Shown piece after piece: positions 37,120 to 45,767 of a stretch of 64,000 nucleotides of DNA. The translations under genes were made by a program, and so were the position numbers. Source of the stretch: an uncultured Erysipelotrichaceae bacterium (GTDB taxonomy: Bacteria > Bacillota_I > Bacilli_A > Erysipelotrichales > Erysipelotrichaceae); assembly GCA_944324155.1 (NCBI GenBank), contig CALUVF010000081.1, forward strand, positions 31-64,030, read 5' to 3'. The notes under the pieces were generated by a model. It had not been told where the DNA came from. It made no database searches and saw nothing but the letters and a program-made list of their open reading frames with translations. The stretch's first letter is position 1; every line of letters starts with the position of its first letter.

Positions 37120-37766
37120 TATTTTTTAGCCTCCTTTTCTTTTTTGGCAGAATGTTGTTTGATCCAGGCAAAAAGAGCTGCAAAACATGAGAATGTCAAG
37201 AAAGCACCAACACTTCCCGAGAACAACGAAATAGTGTAAGGAGCTAAAGCCTCAATGCTGAAACCAAATAAGATCTGTGTCGCATCAAAGGGATTGTAGA
37301 ATGAGATACCGCCCGTAGCGATAAGTTCACGAACGACACTAATCAAAACCAAAGCGAAAGTATAACCAAGACCCATGCCAAGACCATCAATAGCGCTGGC
37401 CCCGATAGGATTCTTGGATGCAAAAGCCTCAGCTCTACCCAAGATAATGCAGTTGACGACGATCAAGCCCAAGAAGACGCCTAAAGAGTTATAAAGCTCT
37501 GGCATAAAGGCATGAACGACCATTTCAACAATCGAGACAAGAGTTGCGATAATAACGATATAAACCGGAATTCTGATCTCATCAGGAGTGATCTTGCGGA
37601 TCGCGCTGACTAAGATATTAGAACAGATAAGGACGATCGTTACACACATGCCCATACCGATCGCATTATTGAGCGAAGTTGAGATCGCCAGCGAACTACA
37701 AAGACCTAAATATAGACCAAAGACTGGATTTTCTTTGATAAAACCGTTTTTAAAATTTTGCCACAT
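37119..37766 (-). CDS. rnfE: Rnf complex subunit E
   Basis: 215 aa. 'ENPVFGLYLGLCSSLAIS...NAIGMG' signature. Confidence 0.9.
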   Translation of the reverse strand: MWQNFKNGFIKENPVFGLYLGLCSSLAISTSLNNAIGMGMCVTIVLICSNILVSAIRKITPDEIRIPVYIVIIATLVSIVEMVVHAFMPELYNSLGVFLGLIVVNCIILGRAEAFASKNPIGASAIDGLGMGLGYTFALVLISVVRELIATGGISFYNPFDATQILFGFSIEALAPYTISLFSGSVGAFLTFSCFAALFAWIKQHSAKKEKEAKK

Positions 37767-37778
37767 CTTCTAGTCCTC

Positions 37779-38294
37779 CTAACCGATCAGCTCGCTGATC
37801 ATCGCTTGCGTTGATGTAATAGCAGCTTGAACCGCACTTGAAGTAACAGTCGCACCGCTTAAAAGATCAACCTTTTCATCTAAAGTCTTACCGACAAAAG
37901 CGCTATCGATATTGCTTTGTTCAAAGACCTTCGTACCAAATCCGTCTGTTTCTTGTTGTTGAATGGTCACAACCCCTGTGATCGTACCTTCGTTATCAAA
38001 GCCGATCAATAATTGGATCGGGGTTGAAGAATTATAACCGGTCGTTTCAATACGAGCGGCATAACCTTGACCACTGACTTCAAAAGCAGACTGTACATAT
38101 CCACCCTCGTCGCTTGCTCCTTCAAGCGGCACAAATTCTGCACCGGGGAATAAAACTTCGAGGTTTTCTTTTTCGCTGGCTAATAGACGTTCGGTGATGA
38201 TCGGCTCGGTAACCGAGTTGACAGCACCGATCAATAACCCGCTCAAAGCAGCAATAATACCTAAAAAGATAACTAATTTAACTGTTTTATTCAT
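37779..38294 (-). CDS. rnfG: Rnf complex subunit G (FMN-binding)
   Basis: 171 aa. N-terminal TM helix, FMN_bind domain, flavinylation motif 'DLLSGATVTS'. Confidence 0.85.
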   Translation of the reverse strand: MNKTVKLVIFLGIIAALSGLLIGAVNSVTEPIITERLLASEKENLEVLFPGAEFVPLEGASDEGGYVQSAFEVSGQGYAARIETTGYNSSTPIQLLIGFDNEGTITGVVTIQQQETDGFGTKVFEQSNIDSAFVGKTLDEKVDLLSGATVTSSAVQAAITSTQAMISELIG

Positions 38295-38302
38295 GTTACC
38301 CC

Positions 38303-40150
38303 CTATTTAGCTGCACTTAAAGCTGCTTGTGCAGCTGCGGCAACTGATTCGCTGGTATAAGTAGCAGCACTGATGAGATCAGCTGAATCGTCTAAGGTCT
38401 TACCGACATAAGAGTCCAGATAGCTTTGATCTTGACACTTGTCACCAAAGCCCACTGTGTCACCAAAGGTCGAGAAGACGATAGAAGCAATCGCACCATC
38501 GCTTACTGTTATATCAAATTCATTGCGGCTGTATGTATGTCCAGAAGCTGAAGCCACGCCATCAGGATCGACCAGACCAAAACCGCGGACCGTTACATGA
38601 TATGAACCATCGCCATTGTCACTGACTTCGGCGCGATAAGTGCTAAGATCGTCACTTAAAGCGATCTCGCCACCCTTGGCGTAAGCTACGCCGCCATTTA
38701 AGGCAAGTTTAGCCGCCGCAATCGCTGATTCGCTGGTATAAGTGGCGCCACTTACGCAGTTTACTTCACCATCAAGACCGGTGTCGATGAATTGACCAAG
38801 GAAGTTATCTTCTAAGCACTCATCACCAAAGCCGACTGTATCGCCAAAGGTCGTGAACTCAAATTCGGTGATCGTTTGAGTATCAGGATCAACCGTAATG
38901 GTAAATTCATTGCGTGAATAAGTATGACCGCTGCTAGAAGCTACGCCATCTGGATCTAATAAGCCAAAGCCACGAACACTGATGACATAAGTGTTGCCAT
39001 CTTGTGAGACAAGCTCAGCTTTATAATCGCCATAATCGCCATCGATCGCCATCGTTTCACCTGATGGAACATTGATCGAACGGTAGCTTTCAGCTGGCGT
39101 TAAGCTAAGACCCATTAGGCCGATCGCAATAACACCGACCAAAATACTGCCAATAGCAGAATATAATAATTTCTTTTCAAAAAGAACTTGTTTGCCGTCA
39201 AAGAATTTATCGATGACCGGAGTAAAGATATTAGCTAATAAAATTGAATATAAGACACCTTCTGGTAAATTAGCCATATAGTGGATCAGCATCGTAAAGA
39301 TCGCTGCTAAAACCGCAAAGACGATGCGTCCAGTACGAGTGTTGGGATTGGTGACAGGATCTGTCAGCATAAAGACCGCCCCAAAAGCTGCCCCACCGGT
39401 CGCGATCGAGAAGATGGCATATTCAAGACCAGCCCCATGGCTTAGACCGACTACTAGCGAACCCAAGAAAATAACACCTAAATAGGTAACTGGGACACGC
39501 CAGTCAATGACTTCGCGCCAAGCGAGATAGACGCCGACCAAAAGGATCAAAAGGGTCGATGTTTCACCGATCGCACCATTATAGGTACCAAGCAACATCC
39601 CGCCGATTCCGCCGAAATCGCTTAAGAAAGAGCTCAGGTTCTCACCAGCTAAAAGCCAGCCTGAAGAAGCGATTGTTTGAGTTGGGGTAGCAGTCGTCAC
39701 AAGATCGGCGCTGATGCTTCCAGCAAAGCTTGCAAAGATGATCGCACGACCTACTGCTGCCGGGTTAAAGACATTTTGTCCAAAACCGCCAAACACAAGC
39801 TTCGCAAAGAAGATTGCGATAAAGGTCGCTACACCAATAGCATATGGTTCCATATTAACCGGGACCATCAAAGTTAAAATAATAGCTGTTACCCAGCCAA
39901 AGGAATGGCTGATATATTTGATGACGTTTTCCTTATGTGCTAAAGCCCACAATCCTTCTGTAATCAAGGCAGTGATGATCGATGTAGCCATCAAGATTAA
40001 GGCATTGACCAAATAGTCCATGCCTAAGCGATAGGCATTGTAAAGACCAAAAGCGTAAACGACAAGAAGACCGATGGTCAGATGCATCATGATCCCACTG
40101 GTCGAAAGTTTTTGACGAAGATGTGGTGCTGCTGAATATTTAAATTCCAT
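38303..40150 (-). CDS. rnfD: Rnf complex subunit D fused to an extra TM helix and two tandem FMN-binding domains
   Basis: RnfD core ('FNPAAVGR', 'DLVTTATP', 'FMLTDPVT') up to about residue 325. This is followed by the helix 'LLYSAIGSILVGVIAIGLMGLSL' and two FMN_bind-like modules ending in 'VSGATYTS' and 'ISAATYTS'. ATG at 40150 has GGAGGA 6 nt upstream. Confidence 0.9.
   Translation of the reverse strand: MEFKYSAAPHLRQKLSTSGIMMHLTIGLLVVYAFGLYNAYRLGMDYLVNALILMATSIITALITEGLWALAHKENVIKYISHSFGWVTAIILTLMVPVNMEPYAIGVATFIAIFFAKLVFGGFGQNVFNPAAVGRAIIFASFAGSISADLVTTATPTQTIASSGWLLAGENLSSFLSDFGGIGGMLLGTYNGAIGETSTLLILLVGVYLAWREVIDWRVPVTYLGVIFLGSLVVGLSHGAGLEYAIFSIATGGAAFGAVFMLTDPVTNPNTRTGRIVFAVLAAIFTMLIHYMANLPEGVLYSILLANIFTPVIDKFFDGKQVLFEKKLLYSAIGSILVGVIAIGLMGLSLTPAESYRSINVPSGETMAIDGDYGDYKAELVSQDGNTYVISVRGFGLLDPDGVASSSGHTYSRNEFTITVDPDTQTITEFEFTTFGDTVGFGDECLEDNFLGQFIDTGLDGEVNCVSGATYTSESAIAAAKLALNGGVAYAKGGEIALSDDLSTYRAEVSDNGDGSYHVTVRGFGLVDPDGVASASGHTYSRNEFDITVSDGAIASIVFSTFGDTVGFGDKCQDQSYLDSYVGKTLDDSADLISAATYTSESVAAAAQAALSAAK
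38315..39061 (-). repeat. diverged in-frame tandem duplication encoding two FMN_bind-like modules
   Basis: Copy 1 at 38699-39061 and copy 2 at 38315-38668. The protein copies align over about 115 residues ('VRGFGLLDPDGVASSSGHTYSRNEF' versus 'VRGFGLVDPDGVASASGHTYSRNEF'). Confidence 0.85.
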
Positions 40151-40162
40151 GTGCATTCCTCC

Positions 40163-41452
40163 CTACTTCTTTACGCGCAAAGCCATCAAGCGTTTCGCCT
40201 TACGCACATTCTCTGTAACTTCGATCTTAGATGGACAGATATATGTACACATACCGCATTCAATGCAATCCATCGGACGAAGCTTTTCTAAACGATCGAC
40301 ATCATTAGCTTTTAGAGCATTTGAGATGTTGACTGGCTCAAGGCCGCTGGGGCAATGCTCAACACATTGACCGCAACGCAGACACTTTAAGCTTTCAACT
40401 GGCTTATAAGCCAAGATCGTTAAAGCATTAGTTGATGAAGCGACAACTACCTCATCCTTAATGACGCTAGTGCCCATCATTGGACCCCCTGCAATTAAAG
40501 AAACCGTCTCGCTGGTATAGCCACCACAAGCTTCAACTAAGGCGCTAAAAGGCGTACCAACTCGGCATCTTACGTTATGAGGCTCTTTGATCGCATCGCC
40601 TGATACGGTAACGATCTTTTCGACGATCGGCATACCTGATGTCATAGCCTCGCCTAGCATAATGGCCGTCGTAGCATTGGATACGATACAGTTTACTTCG
40701 ATCGGCAAACGATCATAACGTTTGTGGATCAATTCATAGACTAATGTCCTTTCCCAACCCATTGGATAGACATCTGGAACAGGACATACTTCGATCCCCT
40801 TATCATCTTTAAAGAGATCTTGTAAAACCGGAATCAGATCCTTCTTGCTGACTTTGATGCCAACCATACATTTCTTGGCTTTAGAAGCCTTAAACATTGC
40901 CTTGACACCTAAATGGAACAAGTCTTTGTTTAAGCCCATACCCTGAGCATCAGATGTGATGTATGGTTCACATTCAACGGCGTTGATAATCAAAGTTTCA
41001 CACTTGTCAGTGTTGTATTTGACATAAGTTGGGAAACCGGCTCCGCCGCAGCCAACAAGACCTTTTTCTTTCATGAAATCGATGATCTTTTCAGCGCTGG
41101 CTTCTTCTAAAGACAGAGTCGAAAGACCTTCGGCTTTAGTATATTGGCCATCGTTTTCGATCACCAAATGATCAGCTGGCTTTAAATTACTTCCCATGCG
41201 CTTTTCGATTCCTAGAACTTTACCGGAAACCGACGCAAAAACCGGCACATAGAAATGATCATTGCGCAAAGCGACGACATCGCCGACTTTAACGCTGTCA
41301 TTTTCTTTGACTTTAACTTCGATCTTAGCATTGCCCATCGTGATCGGGATATAAACCTTTTCAAGCTTAGGCAAACTTAAGATCTCGTTATGTGCTGTCA
41401 ATTCTTTGTGCCCATTGATATGCTTGCGCATTGGTCCAATCAAAAATGACAT
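40163..41452 (-). CDS. rnfC: Rnf complex subunit C
   Basis: 429 aa. 'GCGGAGFPT' NADH/FMN site. Two 4Fe-4S motifs, 'CLRCGQCVEHCP' and 'CIECGMCTYICP'. Confidence 0.9.
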   Translation of the reverse strand: MSFLIGPMRKHINGHKELTAHNEILSLPKLEKVYIPITMGNAKIEVKVKENDSVKVGDVVALRNDHFYVPVFASVSGKVLGIEKRMGSNLKPADHLVIENDGQYTKAEGLSTLSLEEASAEKIIDFMKEKGLVGCGGAGFPTYVKYNTDKCETLIINAVECEPYITSDAQGMGLNKDLFHLGVKAMFKASKAKKCMVGIKVSKKDLIPVLQDLFKDDKGIEVCPVPDVYPMGWERTLVYELIHKRYDRLPIEVNCIVSNATTAIMLGEAMTSGMPIVEKIVTVSGDAIKEPHNVRCRVGTPFSALVEACGGYTSETVSLIAGGPMMGTSVIKDEVVVASSTNALTILAYKPVESLKCLRCGQCVEHCPSGLEPVNISNALKANDVDRLEKLRPMDCIECGMCTYICPSKIEVTENVRKAKRLMALRVKK

Positions 41453-41485
41453 ACTTACCCTCCTTAAGTAATAATAAGCCCTAAT

Positions 41486-41494
41486 ATTTTAGCA
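41486..41494 (-). promoter_or_regulatory. extended -10 (TGCTAAAAT) promoter of the rnf operon
   Basis: Minus strand attgTGcTAAAATattagggc. About 30-nt leader with an AAGGAGGG RBS. Confidence 0.55.
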
Positions 41495-41510
41495 CAATTC
41501 TTTTAGCCTA

Positions 41511-41519
41511 TGCTAGAAT
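41511..41519 (+). promoter_or_regulatory. extended -10 TGCTAGAAT placed 6 nt upstream of the apbE ATG (predicted leaderless)
   Basis: taTGcTAGAAT-attggc-ATG. No SD present. Confidence 0.6.
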
Positions 41520-41525
41520 ATTGGC

Positions 41526-42662
41526 ATGAAAAAGATACAAGTTCTAGGCATTTGCCTATTAGTTTGCCTTTTGGTGGGCTGTAACAGTAAAACCAATCTC
41601 ACTCAATACTCTAAAACAGAATTGGATTGTGGTTTTGACACCATTTGCTCATTGAATGCTTTTTCTAAAAGTGAAGAAGAATTCGATGAATATTTTAATA
41701 CCATGGTGGAAGAGTTCCGTTATTATCACAAGCTCTTTGACATCTACCACAACTACGAAGGCCTCAACAACATCAAGACGATCAATGACAACGCTGGAAT
41801 TAAGGCGATCGAAGTTGACCCTGTCATCATTGAACTCATCGACCTTTCTAAAGCGATCTATGATCTCTCTGGCGGTGCCTTCGATATAAGTGATGGAGCA
41901 CTTTTAAAAGTTTGGCACAATTATCGTGATGCAGGCAAAGATCTAAACGCCAATGGCGAATATGGGGATATCCCCGAAAATAGTGAGCTAGAAGAAGCCT
42001 CTTTACATCATGGTTTTGATAAAATCGAGATCGACTACAAGGCAAATACCGTCTATATTAATGATCCCGACGTATCATTAGATGTCGGCGGGGTCGCCAA
42101 AGGGTTTGCCGTCGAAAAAGTCGCTATGACTTTAAAGGAAATGGGTATCTCTAATGCTGCCGTCAATGCCGGTGGCAATCAGCGTCTAATCGATGGCAAA
42201 GCCGATGGCACAGGCTGGAATGTCGGGATTCAAGACCCACGGGCCGCTTCGATAGCAGGAGTTGTGACCAATTCAAATATCGCCATCATCCCTGATCAAA
42301 AAGATGTGGCCGTCGTTACTTCCGGGGACTATCAAAATTATTACATTGCCAAAGGTGATCTTGTCTATTCACATATCATCGATCCCCATACCCTCTTCCC
42401 AGCTGATAAATATAACTCCGTCACCATTGTCTGCAAAGACTCAGGACTAGCCGATTGTCTATCTACCTCGCTTTTTGTAATGGACTATGAAGAAGGCCTT
42501 GAATTCATCGACAAGATCAATGAAGCGTATGATGATGATATCGTGGTCATCTGGGTCTCTAATGAGATACTTGATGATAGCAGTATTAAATCGATCTCAG
42601 AAGAAACCCAATACATTACAGTTACGGATAATTTCAAAGATAAGCTCATCACAAGCGAATAA
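41526..42662 (+). CDS. apbE: FAD:protein FMN transferase (ApbE) lipoprotein
   Basis: Lipobox 'LLVGC'. 'FDISDGALLKVW', 'LDVGGVAKGFAVEKV', 'VTSGDYQNYY' are ApbE-family motifs. Confidence 0.9.
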   Translation: MKKIQVLGICLLVCLLVGCNSKTNLTQYSKTELDCGFDTICSLNAFSKSEEEFDEYFNTMVEEFRYYHKLFDIYHNYEGLNNIKTINDNAGIKAIEVDPVIIELIDLSKAIYDLSGGAFDISDGALLKVWHNYRDAGKDLNANGEYGDIPENSELEEASLHHGFDKIEIDYKANTVYINDPDVSLDVGGVAKGFAVEKVAMTLKEMGISNAAVNAGGNQRLIDGKADGTGWNVGIQDPRAASIAGVVTNSNIAIIPDQKDVAVVTSGDYQNYYIAKGDLVYSHIIDPHTLFPADKYNSVTIVCKDSGLADCLSTSLFVMDYEEGLEFIDKINEAYDDDIVVIWVSNEILDDSSIKSISEETQYITVTDNFKDKLITSE

Positions 42663-42668
42663 CCAAAT

Positions 42669-42706
42669 AAAAAGCTATGGGAATTAAGGTCTCATAGCTT
42701 TTTTGT
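42669..42706. terminator. bidirectional rho-independent terminator (apbE / pgi)
   Basis: AAAAGCTATGGG-aattaaggt-CTCATAGCTTTTTT between convergent genes. Confidence 0.85.
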
Positions 42707-42707
42707 T

Positions 42708-43979
42708 TTATTCCTTGCCTAATAATTTAAACATCTTCTTTTTATAGACTTCTACACCCGGCTGATTAAAGGGATTGATGCCAAGTAAGTAGCAAGACAT
42801 GCCGCAAGCCTTGAAGAAGAAATAGATCATATAGCCAAAGCTAAAGGCTGAATTATCTTCAAGATGGATCAGGATATTTGGCACATTGCCATCTTCTTCA
42901 TGAGCACTCAAAGTTCCCTTCATTGCCATCTCATTGACCCACGAGAGCTTCTTGCCAGCGAGATAGTTCATCTTGTCAAAATCAACTTCTTCATGAGGGA
43001 AAGTGATATCTTCACTCATCTTGTCAAACCACAAAAGCGTCTCAAACAAGCATTTTTGACCCTCTTGGATAAATTGGCCTAAAGAGTGCAGATCCGTTGA
43101 GAAGCAGGCGCTAGTTGGAAGAAGGCCCTTGCCCTCTTTCCCTTCACTTTCGCCAAATAACTGTTTCCACCATTCAGCGATGCTGGTCATTTGTAATTCA
43201 TAGGTCACAAACATCTCACTCTTATAGCCCATCTCATCTAAGATCCGACGTGCCACAGCATATTTATAGGCTTCATTAGAGCTAAGATCCGGGTCCTTAA
43301 GATCTTCATAAGCTTTTTTCGACCCTTCTAATACGACAGTGGGATCAATTCCGACAAAGGCTAGACAAAGTAAGCCAACAGCTGTAAAGACACTGTAGCG
43401 TCCACCGATATCATCGGGAATGACAAAGGTCTCATAGCCCTCTTTTAAAGCCAATTCCTTAAGGGTACCCCTTTTAGCGTCGGTCGTCGCAATGATGCGC
43501 TCTTTAGCTTTATCTTGATACTTGCTTTCAACTAATTCTTTAAAGATCCTGAAAGAAACCGAGGTCTCCGTGGTCGTTCCCGACTTGGAGATGACATTTA
43601 AGACGAGCTCTTTATCTTTTACATAGTCATAGACCTGCTTTAAGTAAGTGGCGCTAAAGGTGTTGCCGATAAAGATGACTTCTGGCCCGTTTTTAGGATA
43701 TAGGCCGTTGATCATCTCGATCGCTGCGCGAGCTCCTAAATATGAACCACCGATCCCACAGACCAAAAGTACATCGGTCTGATCTTTTAATTTTGCAGCG
43801 ACTTCTTTAATCCTTGCGACCTCTTCTTTGTCATAATTATTAGGCCACGTGACCCACCCGACAAAGTCATTGCCCTGGCCGCTTTTTTCGTGCAACCACT
43901 TATGGGCCTCATTGACTGCCTCTTGATAAGAAGCGATATCTTTAGTTAGTTTCGCATGACTTAAATCAACTCTCATCAT
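42708..43979 (-). CDS. pgi: glucose-6-phosphate isomerase
   Basis: 423 aa, Firmicutes-type PGI. 'GIGGSYLGA', 'ISKSGTTTE', 'GGRYSVFTAVGLL'. Confidence 0.95.
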   Translation of the reverse strand: MMRVDLSHAKLTKDIASYQEAVNEAHKWLHEKSGQGNDFVGWVTWPNNYDKEEVARIKEVAAKLKDQTDVLLVCGIGGSYLGARAAIEMINGLYPKNGPEVIFIGNTFSATYLKQVYDYVKDKELVLNVISKSGTTTETSVSFRIFKELVESKYQDKAKERIIATTDAKRGTLKELALKEGYETFVIPDDIGGRYSVFTAVGLLCLAFVGIDPTVVLEGSKKAYEDLKDPDLSSNEAYKYAVARRILDEMGYKSEMFVTYELQMTSIAEWWKQLFGESEGKEGKGLLPTSACFSTDLHSLGQFIQEGQKCLFETLLWFDKMSEDITFPHEEVDFDKMNYLAGKKLSWVNEMAMKGTLSAHEEDGNVPNILIHLEDNSAFSFGYMIYFFFKACGMSCYLLGINPFNQPGVEVYKKKMFKLLGKE

Positions 43980-44343
43980 TTCTCTTTTCTCCTTCTAATA
44001 TCCATTTTGGTAAAGCTTCACTCAAAGATCTAAAACCGATTTCATCGCTTGGTAAACCCTCGAAATGCACTCTCTTTCTCGCCTTGCGGCCATTGGGGTG
44101 CAAGGCCTTAAAAGAAAGGCGCAACTGTCGATGTTTATAGTCGACATCGATAACTTTGACCATGATATAGTCGTTGACATTGACAAAATTAGCGACATTG
44201 CGCACAAAACCACTTGAGAGCTCTGAAATATGGATTAATCCCGTAACACCATCGCTAAAGGAAACAAAAGCCCCATAAGGTTTGATGCCCGAAACTCTGC
44301 CATATACGATCATTCCCGGTTTGTAGTCATTAATCTCACTCAT
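43966..44343 (-). CDS. S1 RNA-binding domain protein (YugI/GSP13/CvfD-like)
   Basis: 125 aa. 'GMIVYGRVSGIKPYGAFVSFSDGVTGLIHISE' S1 motif. Confidence 0.8.
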   Translation of the reverse strand: MSEINDYKPGMIVYGRVSGIKPYGAFVSFSDGVTGLIHISELSSGFVRNVANFVNVNDYIMVKVIDVDYKHRQLRLSFKALHPNGRKARKRVHFEGLPSDEIGFRSLSEALPKWILEGEKRNDES

Positions 44344-44349
44344 GTTTTG

Positions 44350-44358
44350 ATTATATCA
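44350..44358 (-). promoter_or_regulatory. extended -10 TGATATAAT placed 6 nt upstream of the S1-protein ATG (predicted leaderless)
   Basis: Minus strand cgTGaTATAAT-caaaac-ATG. Confidence 0.6.
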
Positions 44359-44371
44359 CGAGGGAAGAAAG

Positions 44372-44848
44372 ATGTGTTATACTTTAAAGCGTAATATGTT
44401 TAGTTCAATGTACCCTTTTTGGTCCTTCGTGATCGCCGTCTTAGTGGCCCAGGGCATCAAGCCCTTCTTCGCCATCAAAAGCCAAAAAGGTTTAAACTGG
44501 CGACTAGTGACAGCTTCAGGTGGTATGCCCTCTTCGCATACAGCTGGGGTCTTTTCCTTGTGTTTAGCGGTCGGTATTCAAGAATCTTTTGATTCAACTG
44601 CCTTTGCGATCTGTTTGGCCTTTGGTCTCATCGTCGCTTATGACGCTGCCAATGTACGTTACTATGCTGGCAAAAATATCCAATTGACCAAAAGTATCCT
44701 TGAAGATCTCAAGTCCAAAAACGAGATCGTGATCGATGAGCCGATTTATGAAGAGCCGATCAAAGAAGTCTTGGGACATAAGTGGTCCGAGGTCTTCGTA
44801 GGTGGAATTTTAGGCATGATAGTTGCTTTGATCCTCTATTTTATTTAA
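44372..44848 (+). CDS. divergent PAP2-family membrane protein (YuiD/DUF212-like)
   Basis: 'SGGMPSSHTA', 'YDAANVRYYAG', 'LGHKWSEVFVGGILG' parallel Bacillus YuiD. GAGGGA RBS 7 nt before the ATG at 44372. Confidence 0.75.
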   Translation: MCYTLKRNMFSSMYPFWSFVIAVLVAQGIKPFFAIKSQKGLNWRLVTASGGMPSSHTAGVFSLCLAVGIQESFDSTAFAICLAFGLIVAYDAANVRYYAGKNIQLTKSILEDLKSKNEIVIDEPIYEEPIKEVLGHKWSEVFVGGILGMIVALILYFI

Positions 44849-44858
44849 GATATATGCT

Positions 44859-45107
44859 ATGGAAGAAAAAATTGAACAGGTAAAACAAGCGATCGAAAAG
44901 ATTCGACCTTATATCCAAAGAGATGGTGGTGACGTCACCTTTGAAAGACTTGAAGATGATATCGTCTATGTCAGGGTCCATGGGGCATGCCTAGGCTGTA
45001 GCGCCTTAGATCTGACGATCAAAGACGGGATTGAGGCCATCATTCTTGATGAAGTCCCCGGCATCAAAGAGGTACGTCTAGACGAAAATATCGATTACTT
45101 ATTTTAA
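44859..45107 (+). CDS. NifU-like (Nfu C-terminal domain) Fe-S cluster protein
   Basis: 82 aa. 'IRPYIQRDGGDV...GACLGCS' CxxC motif. Confidence 0.8.
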   Translation: MEEKIEQVKQAIEKIRPYIQRDGGDVTFERLEDDIVYVRVHGACLGCSALDLTIKDGIEAIILDEVPGIKEVRLDENIDYLF

Positions 45108-45129
45108 GACCCCTAAAGGTCTTTTTTTA
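45106..45129 (+). terminator. rho-independent terminator after the nifU-like gene
   Basis: AAGACC-cctaaa-GGTCTT followed by TTTTT. Confidence 0.7.
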
Positions 45130-45130
45130 T

Positions 45131-45160
45131 TAAAAAGCTGCACCTTTTTAGATGCAGCCC
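45131..45160 (-). terminator. rho-independent terminator after rubrerythrin
   Basis: Minus strand GCTGCA-tctaaaaagg-TGCAGC followed by TTTTTAAT. Confidence 0.65.
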
Positions 45161-45164
45161 TCTT

Positions 45165-45707
45165 TTAATAATTTTCGTGATATAGCTCGAAGTAAGCACG
45201 GGCATGGTGGCATACCGGGCATTCTTCAGGAGCGTTTTTACCCTTGTGGATATGTCCACAGTTGCGGCAGATCCAAACGGTCTCTTCAGGACGATCAAAA
45301 ACCACACCATCTTCAATATTCTTAAGAAGTTTCAAGTAGCGCTCTTCATGATGTTTTTCGATCGCGCCGACCCCTTCCATTTGATCGGCAATCTCATCAA
45401 AGCCTTCTTCTCTGGCTTCTTTGGCCATGCGATCATACATGTCAGTCCACTCAAAGTTTTCGCCACTAGCGGCATCTTTTAAATTCTGGGCGGTAGTTGG
45501 CACAGCTCCACCATGCAGATGCTTAAACCAAAGTTCGGCGTGTTCCTTTTCATTGGCTGCCGTATCTAAAAAATACTGTGCGATCTGCTCATAGCCTTCT
45601 TTTTTAGCCTTAGAAGCATAGAAAGTGTACTTGTTGCGGGCTTGAGATTCGCCAGCAAAAGCTTCTTGCAAGTTCTTTTCAGTCTTTGTTCCTTTTAAAT
45701 CTTTCAT
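45165..45707 (-). CDS. rbr: rubrerythrin
   Basis: Diiron four-helix domain ('ESQARNKY', 'EKEHAELW') plus a C-terminal rubredoxin-like 'CRNCGH...CPVCHH'. Confidence 0.9.
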   Translation of the reverse strand: MKDLKGTKTEKNLQEAFAGESQARNKYTFYASKAKKEGYEQIAQYFLDTAANEKEHAELWFKHLHGGAVPTTAQNLKDAASGENFEWTDMYDRMAKEAREEGFDEIADQMEGVGAIEKHHEERYLKLLKNIEDGVVFDRPEETVWICRNCGHIHKGKNAPEECPVCHHARAYFELYHENY

Positions 45708-45736
45708 TTTACCCTCCTTGATTTTAGGAAAATCAG

Positions 45737-45767
45737 TGTTTCACTACTTTAAATAAGTGGTGAAACA
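45737..45767. promoter_or_regulatory. 8-bp inverted repeat TGTTTCAC-N15-GTGAAACA in the rubrerythrin leader region (candidate operator or hairpin)
   Basis: Arms at 45737-45744 and 45760-45767. Lies between the putative rbr -10 (45784-45792) and the rbr RBS. Confidence 0.35.

Noticed and set aside
38315-39061. Tandem repeat considered as a possible CRISPR/VNTR-type element
   Set aside because: There are only two copies of about 360 nt each. They are diverged, in frame and encode FMN_bind-like domains, so this is a coding domain duplication, not a repeat array.
45113-45316. 67-aa minus-strand ORF overlapping the 3' part of rubrerythrin
   Set aside because: Out-of-frame overlap with a strongly supported gene, and it extends through the terminator hairpins.
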